From positions 21,392,001-21,456,000 of the forward strand of contig CM075989.1 in NCBI GenBank assembly GCA_038087875.1: 64,000 bases of DNA. The letters are read 5' to 3'. Each line of letters begins with the position of its first letter. Positions within the stretch are counted from its first letter, which is position 1. The notes under the pieces are model-generated. The model saw nothing but the letters and a program-made list of their open reading frames with translations. It was not told the origin of the DNA and ran no database searches. This DNA comes from Malacoraja senta (taxonomy: Eukaryota). Positions 1 to 13,777 of this stretch are shown here, piece after piece. The position numbers and the translations under genes were made by a program.

Positions 1-309
1 ATATGATTATGGCTGATCATTTAAAATCAAAAGCCTGTTCCTGCTTTTTCCCCATATCCCTTGATTCCTTTAGCCCTAGGAGCTAAATCTAACTCTCTCT
101 TGAAAATATCCAGTGCATTGGCCTCCACTGCCTTCTGTGGCAGAGAATTCCACAGATTCACAACTCTCTGGAGGAGGTACTGACTCTGCTAAGTAGGATC
201 CATATGACTCCATGGGAAGAGGAGGAAGGAACTGCAGAAGCTGATGCGCAAGGAAGATAAACACAAAATGCTGGAGTAACTCAGCCGGACAGGCAGCATC
301 TCTGGAGAT

Positions 310-850
310 CTATTTCCACTAGTGGGGGATTCTAGAACTAGAGGTCATAGCCTCAGAATTAAAGGACATTCTTTTAGGAAGGAGATGAGGAGACATTTGT
401 TTAGTCAGAGGGTGGTGAATCTGTGGAATCCTTTGCCACAGAAGGCTGTGGAGGCCAAGTCAATAGATATATTTAAGGCAGAGATAGATAGATTCTTGAT
501 TAGTACGGGTGTCAGAGGTTATGGGGAGAAGGCAGGAGAATGGGGTTTTATCAGAATCAGAATCAGAACCATTTATTGTCATTTGAACATAAGTTCAAAT
601 GAAATTACGTTTCTGCAGGCATAATACACACAAGAATAAATAGATAAATAAATGAACAGATAAATAGATAAATAGATAAATAAAAGATTTTTAAAAAACA
701 GACAATTGCACAATTCCACACAAACATTCATTAGGAGGTAGAGATAGATCAGCCATGATTGAATGGCGGAGTAGACTTGATGGGCCGAATGGCCTCATTC
801 TACTCCTATTCCTTATGATTTATGACCTTATGACCTTATGACCTTATGAT
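310..850 (+). mobile_element. CR1 3' fragment, interrupted at ~548-730
   Basis: SRTRGHSLRI...FSQRVVNLWN...GYGEKAGEWG; (CCTTATGA)n tail. Confidence 0.85.
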
Positions 851-1576
851 TGGAGCACAAAACTCCCAGGTTTCACTCAGCTTGGATGTTTGTAGAACGG
901 TATCCTGAATTCTTCATTGCCTTTTCTTGTTCTTCCTACCGAAAATGCCACACCTTTATTGTTTGTTTAAGAAGCAATTAGACAGGATAGGACAGGTTTA
1001 GAGCGATATGGGCCAAGGGCGGGCATGTGGGACTAGTGTAGATGGGGCATGTTGGTGGGAGTGGGCAAGTTGGGTGGAAGGGTCTGTTTCCACACTCTAT
1101 GACTCAAAACTCAAAACTAATGGAGAATTCCTGTGAACGACAACTACTTTCTTCTTTGTTTTATCGGTTTACAGTGAGTGCTAGAACGTGGAGAGAAGAG
1201 CCAACTTGTGATGGATGTGATAATAGAAGGCTTGAATTCTTTCTGTAACAGACATCATGCGAACACCAAAGGCTTTTAAAGCTAATGATGGCTTCAGCTT
1301 AATTTTCAATAGAATTCAATTAATGCTTACTAAACTTGGTAAATCACACAGCATGTGTACACATCTCAAAAGAAATGTAGAGAGGAATGGATTTTGTGCA
1401 AAACACATTGGCAATATATGGCCACGGGCTTGTCTGCAGAAGTTTCCAACAGCAGTTTTGTAGCTTAATTAAGCTCCATATTATCCAAAGATGCTGATGT
1501 CACCAACATTTCACACCACTATCATTGTGCACTATTGTAATAAGCAGAATAAAACAACAACTTCACACATTAGAAT

Positions 1577-1891
1577 TTTAGTTTAGCTTCGTTTAGAGAT
1601 ACAGGGCGTAAACAGGCCCTTCGGCCCACCGAGTCCACACCGACCAGCGATGCCCGCACACTAACGCTATCCTACACACACTGTGGAACAATTGACATTT
1701 ATACCAAAACAATTAGCCTAATAAACCTGCACGTCTTTGGAGTTTGGGAGGAAACCGGAAATCCAGGAGAAACCCAGGCAGGTCACCGGGAGAACGTACA
1801 AACTCCGTACAGACAGCATCCGTAGTCAGGATCGATCCCGGGTCTCTGGTGCTGTAAGACAGCAACTCTACCGCTGCGCCACCATGCCGCC
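1577..1891 (-). mobile_element. HE1-like V-SINE
   Basis: tRNA-like head with A/B boxes, conserved core ggtttcctcccac, CR1-like tail with (CTAAA)n. Confidence 0.85.
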
Positions 1892-3814
1892 ATTGTGTTT
1901 ACATGCCTTCTGTTACAGAACGATTGATAAATTCAAATCTAATATCTATGTATGCTTGAGTCTAATTTAACATTGTTTTACTCCAAAGAAAACAATCAGC
2001 ATTTAAGATTTTTCAATATATCTTGCGGCACAGTGGCACAGCAGTAGTTGCTGCCTTACAGCACCGGAGACCCCGGATTATACCTGCTGCCCTTCACTGA
2101 ATCAGTGCAACAGCACATATGATTAAACTCATTCATACAAAAGGTACGGTGCTGGAAATATTCAGAAAGGCAGACATCATCAGTGGAGTGAGAAGCAGTT
2201 CGTTTTCAGCTCAATGGGTGGGTGGGAGATTGCAACCTTCAGGTGGTCCACCCTGTTGCAATGCATGCAATCAACCTGGCGTGCACAATCAAATAAGATC
2301 AAACAGAACAAGTTGTCCTACAACCTTAGGCTGTGCACGCCACACACAAGAGGTAGAAGCTCAATGGGCTTTTTAGTACAACCTATTGAATCAAAAATCT
2401 CTCTAAAAATCTGCTGTAACCATTCTAACACCCCTTTCTCCTTTAAAATACTTTGTCCACATTTTATTTCCCCACCTGCAGTGTCACATGTGCTTGAATG
2501 CACTTACATCTTGCGATGTTATATCAGTGTATATAGGAAACATTTAGGACAGGTTTACAGGGATATGGACCAAACTCAGGCACTTGGGACTATTTTATAA
2601 GTTCATTGTGGCTAAGGGGATCAGGGGGTATGGAGAGAAGGCAGGTACGGGATACTGAGTTGGATGATCAGCCATGATCATATTCATGGCTCGAAGGGCC
2701 GAATGGCCTACTCCTGCACCTATTTTCTATTTCTATGTATCTATAAGTAATAGGAGCAGAATTGAGCCATTCGGCCCATCAAGCCTACTCTGCCATTCAA
2801 TCATGGCTGATCTATTGTTCCCTCCTAACCCCATTTTCCTGCCTTCTCCCCATAACTCCAGATATCCGTACTAATCACGAATCTATCTATCTATCTCTGC
2901 CTTAAAAATATTCATTGACTCGGCCTCCATGGCCTTCCGTGTCAATGAATTCCACAGATTCACCACCCTAGTGTACAATAGATGGGGCATGTTGGCCGGC
3001 GTGGGAAAGTTGGGCCAGAGGGCCTGTTTCCATGCTGTACCACTCTATGACTCTGACTCTACGAAGAGCTGCGAAAATGCACATCATTCTTGTTGTCGCT
3101 TACAAAATGTGACATTAATAGAACGGAAATAGTGGAAAGTAAATGGATATTCATAAAGATATTAAAGCTAAATGTAGCATGCTAAAGCTTTGATATGCAC
3201 ATTAAAAAAATATACATGTTGAGTAACATATCCAGAGACAGAACACTAAATCTATTTACAGTCATATCAGCTAATAGTATCAAACAGTATCTTTACAAAT
3301 ATGCTTTATTAGATGACATGATTGATTTAATAGAATCTTTGTTCAGTGTTTAACTTTGTACACCTTAAAAAAAATTGCTATCTTTTCATTTTCAGACATT
3401 GATGTCACCATGGGTTGTAAACAACCAGAAGTAGACTTTAAAGTGTCATTAGAAAAAAAGTATAATTAAATACAAATTGAAGACAGACATGAGGCATAAA
3501 ATAGGCTTTGTTTTTATATTGGCAATTTACATTGTGTGAATGCCATTTCAGTTGTCTTTTATTGCAATGAGATATTAAAACCTTCTTTTATGTCACAAAC
3601 TGTAAATCGCACTGCTAGTCAATCACATCAAACATAAATATAATTTCAGCGCACATAACTAATGCAAATTACTGCCAGAAATGGACAGAGTACGTGCGTG
3701 GATCAAAATAATGCTCCGAAGTTGCCAGCAAGTGGGACAAGATGCAAGGTTTGTGTTACTATGTACATTAGCGACCGCATCGCATATTATTTCAAAAAAT
3801 CAAGTTTTGAATGA

Positions 3815-4210
3815 CGACGGAGGGGGATCTCATTGAAACGTTACCGAATAGTGAAAGGACCTGGGTAGAGTGGATGTGGAGAGGATGTTTCCACCAGTGG
3901 GAGAGTCTAAGACCAGAGGACATAGCCTCAGAATAAAAGGACGTACCTCTAGAAAGGAGATGAGGAGGGATTTCTTCAGTCAGAGGGCAGTGAATCTGTG
4001 GAGTTCATTGCCACAGAAGGCTGTGGAGGCCAAGTCAGTGGACATTTATAAGGCGGAGATTGATTGATTCTTGATTAGTAAGGGTGTCAGGGGTTATGGG
4101 GAGAAGGCAGGAGAATGGGGTTGAGAGGGAATAATAGATCAGCCATGATTGAAAGGCGGAGTAGACTTGATGGGCCGAATGGCATAATTCTGCTCCTATA
4201 ACTTATGAAC
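3815..4210 (+). mobile_element. CR1 3' fragment
   Basis: Same C-terminal motifs and 3' UTR. Confidence 0.85.
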
Positions 4211-5323
4211 ACGAATATTGACAAAGTCCCCCAGGCTTTTGTTGACATTGAGTTCAATCCTGGTTAATTAGGAAGCCCTGTCCACATTCCCACCTTTGCT
4301 TTTAATTTGCCACCCTGAGCCTGGATCGCGGACAATCTGATTGTAACTACATCCATACACACCCACATGGTAATCTATCATCACGACTTTTACATTCAAT
4401 TTCTCTAACAGTAAATTACAATGTTTTGGACGTGCAAGTAACTGCAGATGCCGGAATTTGGGAGCAAAAAATAAAGCGCTGGAAGAACTCGGAAAGTCAG
4501 GCAGCATCTGTGGGGAGAAGTGGACAGATGATGTCTCTTCAGGACTAATAATGGTTCATTAGTTTAGTTTAGTTTAGAAATACACCGTGGTAACGGACCG
4601 TTCGGCCCACCAGGTCCATGCTGACAATCGATCACCCGTACACTAGCTCTAACCTACACAATAGGGACAATTTTTAGAAGGCAAATAACCTACAGACCTG
4701 CACGTCTTTGGACTGTGGGAGGAAACCGGAGCACCTGTAGAAAACCCACACGGTCACCAGTAGTCAGGATCGAATCCAGGTCTCTGGCGCTGTAAGGCAG
4801 CAACTCTACCAAAGCGCCACTGTGCCGCTGAGGATAGTTTTCCAAAATATTTGCTGCATCTCAAATTGGTCTTTAGAAAATCACGCACTAAAACAAATTG
4901 ATCCCTCTGTAGTTTCTTACCCATTCCATAATAAGCTTTAAAAAATAAAAAATCCTGCCATACTGGAACATAAGCATAGGATATCTTCATGTTAGCGAAT
5001 GCCTAAATTGTTATTAAATCTGATATTCGTATTACTTAAATACGAGGGTGCCAATTATATGCAGCAAGGAAGTGGAACATTGGGGAATTGGAAACGCCCT
5101 TTCTTCCAGCATCATCTAATGGTAAAAGGCGAAAACCTTCTTTCAAACGGTACACCTTCTCAAACCTTTTGAGGAAAGTGTACCGAGAAGGTTCACGATG
5201 ATGTTGCCAGGACGTGAGGGCCTAAGCTATAGGGAGAGGTTGGGCAAGCTAAGACTTTATTCTTTAGACTTTAGAGATACAGAGCGGAAACAGGCCCTTC
5301 GGCCCACCGAGTCGGCACACTAA

Positions 5324-5580
5324 AGGGCCTGTCCCACTTGGTGATTTTTTTCGACGACTGCCGGCATCATTGACTGACGTATCAGGCACCGAAAAATTAG
5401 CTGCGTAATGCGGCATGATGCGGCGTGACGCGGCGTGATGACGTATTGACGCGCGGTGTTTTTTCAAGTGTCGCAACATTTTTTTTGTCGCCGCTGGATT
5501 TTGAAATGTTCAAAATCTTTTGGCTACGCTGATATGACGCCGGCAGTCGCCGAAAAAAATCGGCAAGTGGGACAGGCCCT
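5324..5580. mobile_element. PIF/Harbinger-type MITE (257 bp) inside a V-SINE
   Basis: Terminal inverted repeat (TIR) NGGGCCTGTCCCACTT; flanks TAA/TTA. Confidence 0.8.
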
Positions 5581-5943
5581 TTACACTATCGTACACACAC
5601 CGGGCACAATTTATAATTTTACCAATGCCGACTAAAACTGCACGTCTTTGGAGTGTGGGAGGAAACTGGAACTACTGGAGAAAACCCACTCGGTCACGGG
5701 GAGAGTAGCAGATGGGCCGAATGGCCTAATTCTGCTCCCCTTGATGGGCCAAATGGCCTAATTATGCTCCTATCACCTATGACCTTATGACCTTAGAAGG
5801 ATACGGACCAAACTGAGAGCAAATGGGACTAGCTTGGATGGGTCATCTTGATCAGCATGGACTAGGTGGGCTGAAGGGCCTGTTTTCGTGCCGTATGACT
5901 CCACGACTTCTAGCCATGGTGATTGCTGCCCATAAAGTGAGTA

Positions 5944-7342
5944 TGAATGAATGAAATGAATGAAATTCTTTATTGTCATTATAACATGTAAACATGTACA
6001 ACGAAATAAAAAATGCCAACCAGCCAGTGCACCATCCACACATTATCTAAAAGCTAACGATACGTAAAAGAGAAATATCTAAAATAAACAACTAAAATAA
6101 ATAACATGAAAAAAACACGCATAAACACACAACCATACATTCTTCTGTCGATTTCACAGTCCCTTTGGTGTGTACACACCTGTACTCATTTGGTGGCTAC
6201 ATTAAGTGTCGTTATTGCTGTGGGATAAAAACTGTTTTTGAGTCTGTTTGTCCTTGTCCTCATTGATCTGTACCGTCTGCCTGACGGCAGCAGTTCAAAC
6301 AGGGAGTGTCCGGGGTGGGAAATGTCCTTTATAATGTTCTGGGATTTCTTGAGACAGTGGGAACTGTGTAGGTCCTCCAAGGTGAGGAGAGGGCAGCCGA
6401 CAATCTTCTGGGCGTTGTCAATAGCCCTCTGGAGCGCTTTCCTCTTAGCCGCTGTGCAGCTGGGTGTACCACACGCATACACAGTATGTTAGGATGCTCT
6501 CTATGGAGCACCGATAAAAGGACAGCAGCAGTCTCTGGGTGATGTTGTTCTTCCTGAGCACCCTCAGGAAGTACAGTCTCTGCTGGACCTTTTTCAGCAG
6601 CGCAGTCCGCCACCCTCTCCACACAGTCCCCTCTGATGATTAGTGGTGTAATGTCCATTTTCTTCTTCCTGTAGTCTATTATGAGCTCCTTGGTCTTTGA
6701 GGTGTTGAGGAGCAGGTTATTCTCTCCACACCACACTGTCAGCTGCTCCACCTCATCCCTGTAGGCGTACTCATCCCCCCCAGAGATGAGCCCCACCACC
6801 GTGGTGTCATCCGCGAATTTGACAATGGTGTTACTGTGGTGGGCGGGGGTGCAGTCATATGTGTAGATGGTGTAAAGCAGGGGGCTCAGCACGCAGCCCT
6901 GTGGAGAGCCGGTACTGAGGCTGAGGGCCGTGGATGTGTGATGGCCCACTCTGACTCTCTGACTGAGACCCAACAGGAAGCTCTTTATCCACATGCAGGT
7001 GGAGTGTGGAAGTCCCAGGTCCCCCAGTTTGTCCACCAGTTTGTGGGGAAGGATGGTGTTAAAAGCAGAGCTGTAGTCCACAAAGAGCATCCGCACGTAG
7101 CTTCCCCGCTGCTCCAGGTGGGACAGTGCAGCATGGAGGGCTGTGGCTACAGCATCCTCTGTGGATCTGTTCACTCTATACGCAAACTGGTGGGGGTCAA
7201 AGCTTCGGGGCAGGAGTGAAGTGATGTGACCCCGGACCAGTTTTTCAAAGCACTTCATCACCACTGGTGTGAGTGCGACTGGCCGGTAGTCGTTGAGGCT
7301 GGAAATGTGGGGTTTTTTGGGCAAGGGGACTATGGTGGAGGT
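5944..7342 (-). mobile_element. 5'-truncated Rex1/Babar-clade LINE (RT region + 3' end)
   Basis: [57 protein letters not shown]; internal deletion/frameshift near 6605; (TTCA)n tail. Confidence 0.9.
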
Positions 7343-7588
7343 TGTGAGGCTGCTGAGAAAATGTTTGCTGTTCAGCTGGTAAATTAAAAAGAAACAGCTG
7401 CTCACTCTACAACGCAATACACTGAGTGACACGCCCATAAAAGGAACAAAAATAGTTTCTGGAAAAATCATTTATGAGAACAATATTTCTTAGGAATTCT
7501 TGGCATCGGATACACATTCCTCAAAATTAACGTATTCAAAGTGGGTTACCTAATTTTAGTAGCTGCTATACGCACCATTATACAAGAG

Positions 7589-7891
7589 TGGCAAGGTGGT
7601 ACAACGGTGGAGTTGCTGCCTTACAGCGCCAGATACCCGGGTTTAATCCTGACTACGGGTGCTGTCTGTACGGAGTTTGCACGTTCTCCCCGTGACCCGC
7701 GTGGGTTTTCTCCGAGATCTTCGCTTTCCTCCCACACCCCAAAGACGTACAGGTCTGTAGGTTAATTGGCTTGGTATCAATGAAATTTGTCCCTAGTGTG
7801 TGTAGTGGTGTAATGTGTGGGGATCGCTGGTCAGTGTGGACTTGGTGGGCCGAATGACCTGTTTCCTCGCTATATCTCGAAACCAAACTAA
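7589..7891 (+). mobile_element. HE1-like V-SINE
   Basis: Same structure as 1577-1891. Confidence 0.85.
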
Positions 7892-8114
7892 ATGACAAAA
7901 ACAGTGGTTAAATGTTCAAGAGGGAACTGCAGATGCTGGAAAATCGAAGGTAGACAAAAATGCTGGAGAAATAAGGCAGCATCTATGGAGCGAAGCAAAT
8001 AGGCAACGTTTCGGTCCCAAACCCTTCTTCAGACAGTGGTAAACAGTGGTATTCACAAAGAGGTAGTTGGTATTGAAAGAACAAATCACCTGGAGCTTTG
8101 CTTCGATGCCCCTC

Positions 8115-8490
8115 AGATTGTTAAGGGCTTGGACACGCTAGAGGCAGGAAACATGTTCCTGATGTTGGGGGAGTCCAGAACCAGGGGCCACAGTTTAAGA
8201 ATAAGGAGTAAGCCATTTAGAACAGAGACGAGGAAACACTTTTTCTCACAGAGAGTGGTGAGTCTGTGGAATTCTCTGCCTCAGAGGGCGGTGGAGGCAG
8301 GTTCTCTGGATGCTTTCAAGAGGGAGCTAGATAGGGCTCTTAAAGATAGCAGAGTCAGGGGATATGGGGGAGAAGGCAGGAACGGGGTACTCTTTTGGGG
8401 ATGATCAGCCATGATCACATTGAATGGCGGTGCTGGCTCAAAGGGCCGAATGGCCTACTCCTGCACCTACTGCCTATTGTCTATTGTCTA
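8115..8490 (+). mobile_element. CR1 3' fragment
   Basis: Same motifs; (CTATTGT)n tail. Confidence 0.85.
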
Positions 8491-9094
8491 TTCCTATTAA
8501 GTCTTTCCCCCCTCACCTTAAACTTTTGTCCTCTGGTTCTCGATTCCCCTCCTCTGGGCATTTACCCGATCTAATCCCCTTATCTAATCTTATACACCTC
8601 TCTAATATTGAAAAGGAACCGTCTCATGGTTGACATCACCAGAATGGGTGAGAAGATGCTGTTCAGGGCAATTAGGACCAGGCAATAAAATATTGATCTT
8701 GACAGAGAATTATTTCCACTGAAGGAATAAAAACAAAATTAAATTAAATTTTCATCCATTTGTTTTTCAACGACCTTCGCACTCATCAGTTCATACACCT
8801 ACAGAAGATAAGATGCAATTTTATTCCAGTTGCTATTGCCATTAGTTACTAGATCTTATTATATTCATTTCTCGCGTGTAAATGGAGAAAAAAAATCCAT
8901 TCTCGAATTAATGGATATCTTCTGGGAATTCAAACAACCAGCGACAATTAATAAACATTCCCCATATTTAATACAAGGCAAGTAAATTGCTTATTGTATT
9001 GTCCATGGTCAATTGACTAATTAAAAGATTTTATCTCATCAATACAATGGCATTTAAGTTTGGATCAATGCTCCAGAATTTTGCTCAGGTGGAA

Positions 9095-9478
9095 TATTTC
9101 TCCCACGTAGCCAACAATCTCATTGTCTCAGTTGATAGCAAGAGTGGCTTTTCTGTCCTGGGCCTCCTCCGCTGTCAGAGTGAGGTCAAACGCAAATTGG
9201 AGGAACAGCATCTCATATTTTGCTTGGGCAGCTCACAACTCAGCGGTATGAGTACTGATTTCTCTAACTTCATGTTACCCTCTCTCTCCATCCCTCCCCC
9301 CCTATTTCTCCGACTAACTTTACTGTCCTCCTGATGCATTTTCCTGTTTGTCTGCCTCGTAGTCACCTTCCCCTCAGCTGCTGTCAATAAACCTTTGTAC
9401 ATGTCCTTGATCCTTTTCACACCTCACATGGTCTTTGTACCCTTCCATATCTCTAGTCTCAGTCTGAAGAAGGGTCTG
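9095..9478 (+). mobile_element. Penelope-like element 3' fragment
   Basis: EVKRKLEEQHLIFCLGS...SGM, homologous to 23575-23825; ends in ctgaagaagggtct. Confidence 0.75.
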
Positions 9479-9522
9479 GTGGAAGAGACTGGATGGGCCG
9501 AATGGTTTCATTCTGCTCCTAT

Positions 9523-9699
9523 CTTCTTCTTCTTATCGAGTCCACATACAAGATTAGAAGTTGTTCGGCCAGAGCTGGACACACTTCTCGGCATCTGCAT
9601 ACAATGGCGTCTGTTTTGTCGCTTCTTGTCCTTCTTGTGCGTGGTGGTGGAAAGGTTGGTGGAAACAGGGCCGCGACGTGAACGCTCTATCCTTGACCC
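9523..9699 (-). mobile_element. Short LINE 3' fragment with (GAA)n tail, probably RTE-like
   Basis: 14-bp TSD cattctgctcctat at 9509-9522 and 9700-9713. Confidence 0.7.
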
Positions 9700-11244
9700 C
9701 ATTCTGCTCCTATGATTTATGAACCCATGCGGCTGCAAGCAAGATGTTTCATTGTAACTTTGCCTCCCTGTACTTTAGCCTATGACAATAAACGTGACAT
9801 TAAAAGTCAACTTGACTTGTAAAGCGTTGTTGTGTACAAATTGGCAGTCAAATATCGAATATTATTAAGGTATTATGTTTTTAAACTAATTTGTAAAAGG
9901 CCTTTGAAATATCCCAGTCTCACGAAGCATACGACATCATGAAATGTTATCCCTCACTCTGAGAAAACAAGTTCAACATGTTCAAAGACAGACACAAACA
10001 GCTGGAGTAACATCAGCGGGACAGGCAGCATCTCTGGAGAGAAGGATTGGGTGATGTTTCGGTCGAGACCCTTCTTCAGACTGAGAGGTGGACTGAGAGT
10101 CGAGACCCTTCTTCAGACTGAGACTAGAGATATGGAAGGGTACAAAGGCAATGTGAGGTGTGAAAAGGATCAAGGACATGTACAATGGTTTATTGACAGC
10201 GGCTGAGGGGAAGGTGACTACGAGGCAGACAAACAGCAAAATGCATCAGGAGGACAGTAAAGTTAGTTGGAGAAATCGGGGGAGGGATGGGCTATCTTTT
10301 CCTCTCAAACCCCATTCCCTTGCCTTCTCCCTGTAACATTTTACACGCTTACTAATCAAGAACCTGTCAATCACCGCTTTAAAAACACCAATGATTTGGC
10401 CTCCACAGCCGTCTGTGGCAATTAATTCCACAAAGGGCTTGTTTCCACACTGTAATCCTCTATGACTCCATACACAATCTGAGACAAGTCAGAGACAAGT
10501 CCAAGGGCAGGTGCAGATCCAGTCCATGGCTCAGGGCGAGAGAAGGATGCAACAGACAGGGAGTTATGGGGAGATACACATACAGGCCATCAGTTTGACG
10601 GAAGAATATATTGGGGATTTGGGAAAACTATGATGGGGAACACGGGGAATGGATCTGATCATAATGAGAGGGGACAGTTTTCTTCACAGCTGCTATCAGG
10701 CTACTGAATCATCCTACCCACAAGTCACCTCAGCACAGTTGCACACTCTTAGTGAAAGCTTGTTTTAGCGTGCGTTACACATATTGTACCACAGTCTTAC
10801 CTATGCCCACGTGAATATCACAAGGACTGATCCTTGTGATATTCACCAGTGGGCATATGAACATGTTGTGCATTGGCGGAAAAATCGTGAGTTCGCGACG
10901 TACAGTACAACACAAGTGATGGGAGCAGAATTAGGCCATTCGGCCCATCAAGTCTATTCCGCCATTCAATCATGGATGATCTATCTTTCCCTCTCAACCC
11001 CATTCTCCTGCCTTCTCCCCATAACCCCTGACACCCGTACTAATCAATACTTTTTTCATGTTATTTATTTTAGTTGTTTATCTTAGACTTTTGCTCTAAG
11101 AAAATGTGTGCACTGACTGGTTGGCATTTGTAATTTCGTTGTACATGTTTACATGTTATAATGACAATAAAGTATTCATTCATTCATTCATTCATTCAAT
11201 CTGTCTGTCTCTGCCTTAAATATATATATATATATATGTATTTT

Positions 11245-11635
11245 TAACAATTTTTTTATTAGAAGTACATAATAAAAACATTTCATATATATCAATCATA
11301 CATTGCAAATATTATCAATTATTTAATAACTCTGCTTCTATTTAAAAAAAAATATATAGATGGAAAATAATAAAGAGAAAGAAAAAAAAAGCATGGTAAA
11401 ATGCTACAACATTGGAGATAGGTTTGAAGATTATTAAGTATAACTTTTCATCTAATCCTGAGTTCGAGCTTCAGTCAGTTTCCGTGCTGAACCATTCTAC
11501 CCCTTCAAATAGTCGATAAATGGAGACCATATTCTGACAAAAAGTTCTTGTTTGTCCATTAAGACAAGTCTAATTCTTTCCAAATGTAAGGGTCTCCGAC
11601 ATTTCCATAATCCACATTTTAATTGTGGCGGTTAA
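11245..11635 (-). mobile_element. L1-clade LINE 3' fragment
   Basis: Minus strand encodes HLERIRLVLMDKQELFVRIWSPFIDYL, resembling the fish L1 ORF2 C-terminus; A-rich tail; degenerate ~18-bp TSD (tctctgccttaaatatat / tctcggcattaaacatat) inside a CR1 fragment. Confidence 0.65.
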
Positions 11636-13777
11636 TCTCGGCATTAAACATATCCATTGACTTGTCCTCCACAGCCTTCTGCGGCACGACACATTTTCCT
11701 ACATAATATTATTGCCTAGCACAAAGATTGTGCCCCACAGTAAAATCCCTGGACAAACATATTTCCTTTCCATAATATCTTTGTTATTATGTACTCTGTA
11801 ATCCAAAATTTCTTGACTTTGCTGTAATCTTTTAAAGTGAAAATCGTTAACTGCTGCCAAGATTTAATTACGCTGAATTTAAAATAAGCACCATTAGTGA
11901 AATGTATTTACAAATTATTTTAAAGATAGAAGTAACCTAGTTGCTCTCAAATATTGAACGAGGATATCGTAATGTGGTTTTGCTTAATCTTTTAAATGCC
12001 ATCTTTATTTTGGTCATGAAATGATTTATTTTGTTCACAATTGTTTTAGTTAATGGAAGCCATTTTTCATTAATGACTACTTTACTTATTGTTTTCCAGT
12101 GAATAAAAGACTGGCTGTTGTTTGAAAGCCGGATATTTGTCGGTTGCTGGTGGCTTCTTTATTATGGAATCCTTTTATTTTACATTAGAAGGGTCCCCCC
12201 CTCCCCGCCCCCCCCCCCCCATCCCCTGCACCCCCCCCCACCTACCCAGGTTCTTCTAGGTAAATTAAATGAAATTTCATTACTCTTGCTCTGTTAATGG
12301 CATTTTCTTTATGGTAAGCTGTCGGCCAGTGTCCTTTTTCGCACCTGAGAGTGCTTTCCCACAGGGCGTCAAGTGAGCTGAGGTAACACTTGGCCAGCTG
12401 CCCCCCTCTCTGGCCTACCGGGACCCTCAATCCAATTGAAGCATCTTAGCAAATGTGAATCTCAAGGTTACACCTGGGTGTTCAAGGACAGTGTCAAGTG
12501 TAATAGCCACTTAGATTGTGGATTAATCTGATTTGCGATCTATTAGGTTTGAATCTTTCTCTTTCCCCGAGCTAGGATTATTGTGATAGTTTAAGATAAT
12601 GGAATCTTACGGAGAAGGTTGTGTAGACATTCAGATTCAGGCACTGCAGATAATATGATTAATTTCAAAGCGCTTTCAGTTAGGTCACAACTTCATACAT
12701 TTAATTGGTGAAGAGCGGGCTGGGGAAAAGAAATAGCTAACTAACTCACTCCATTTCAGGCGACTGGATAAAAACCAACTTAATCCATCAAAAGGTTTCC
12801 CTGTGTACTCTTTACATATTTATCACCACCGGTCCACTCTGCTCTGCGCTTTTTTTTTTTTTTAAAGCTTCCCCTTTTCCAAGCGAGTATAAAAAAAAGT
12901 GGTGTGTTAACCCTTTCAGTCCCTGGTCCCACAGCGATCCCAAACCAATACACGTTCGACACAGTAACCAAGTCACCAACCTTTTTGTGATTGATGATAT
13001 GAGGCCAAATGAAGTCAGATTTAAGAGCGTTCTTTCTAATTAGAAGACTTAACTCCAAAAAATAAATTTACACTAACAAACATCTATTTTGTACAACATT
13101 AGGGCTATCTCCCTCATTATTAAAGCATAGGTAATAAATTATATAAGCCTGTGCTTATTAGGAATGGAAACATAATTGCATTTGTTATGCAGAAATATGA
13201 TATTGTATTACTCAATGCCATTAATAAATATGAACTCATACTTCTTTGCAGTTTATTTTTATTTATTTTATTGCATCGCTAATAGATTTACTGGAGAATG
13301 ACAATTTTTATTGGGTTAAGTTATCGCCGAGTTTCAGCATAGTTGTGCCAAGTGTTAATCATTTATTTTATTGGAATAAAAAATAATTAGTCATGATTCG
13401 GGTTTTTGTGTGTTGTTTGTCCTCATTGCGGTATGAGTTAAATAAATTAATTAATGCTCGACTATAACAGAGATCTCGCAGTGTGATGAAATTGTCCATT
13501 GTCACTGGCCCCAGTCAGAGATTGTCTAAAGATGTTTTTTTCCGATTAAAGAATGTCTCCGCACATAACTCAACACTTTACTGCAGTCATCTCTCAAGAC
13601 CATCTCCTTGTTTTCACAGGGTCATACAGCATGGAAAAAAACAAGCACGAGTCTGTGCCAATTATATCAAGCGCCCATTTATACTGATCCTTCACTTTGG
13701 AGTTTAGAGATGCAACGCGGAAACTGGCCCTTTGGCCCTGCGTGTCTGCGCAGACCAGTGATTGCCCTTTACACTAA

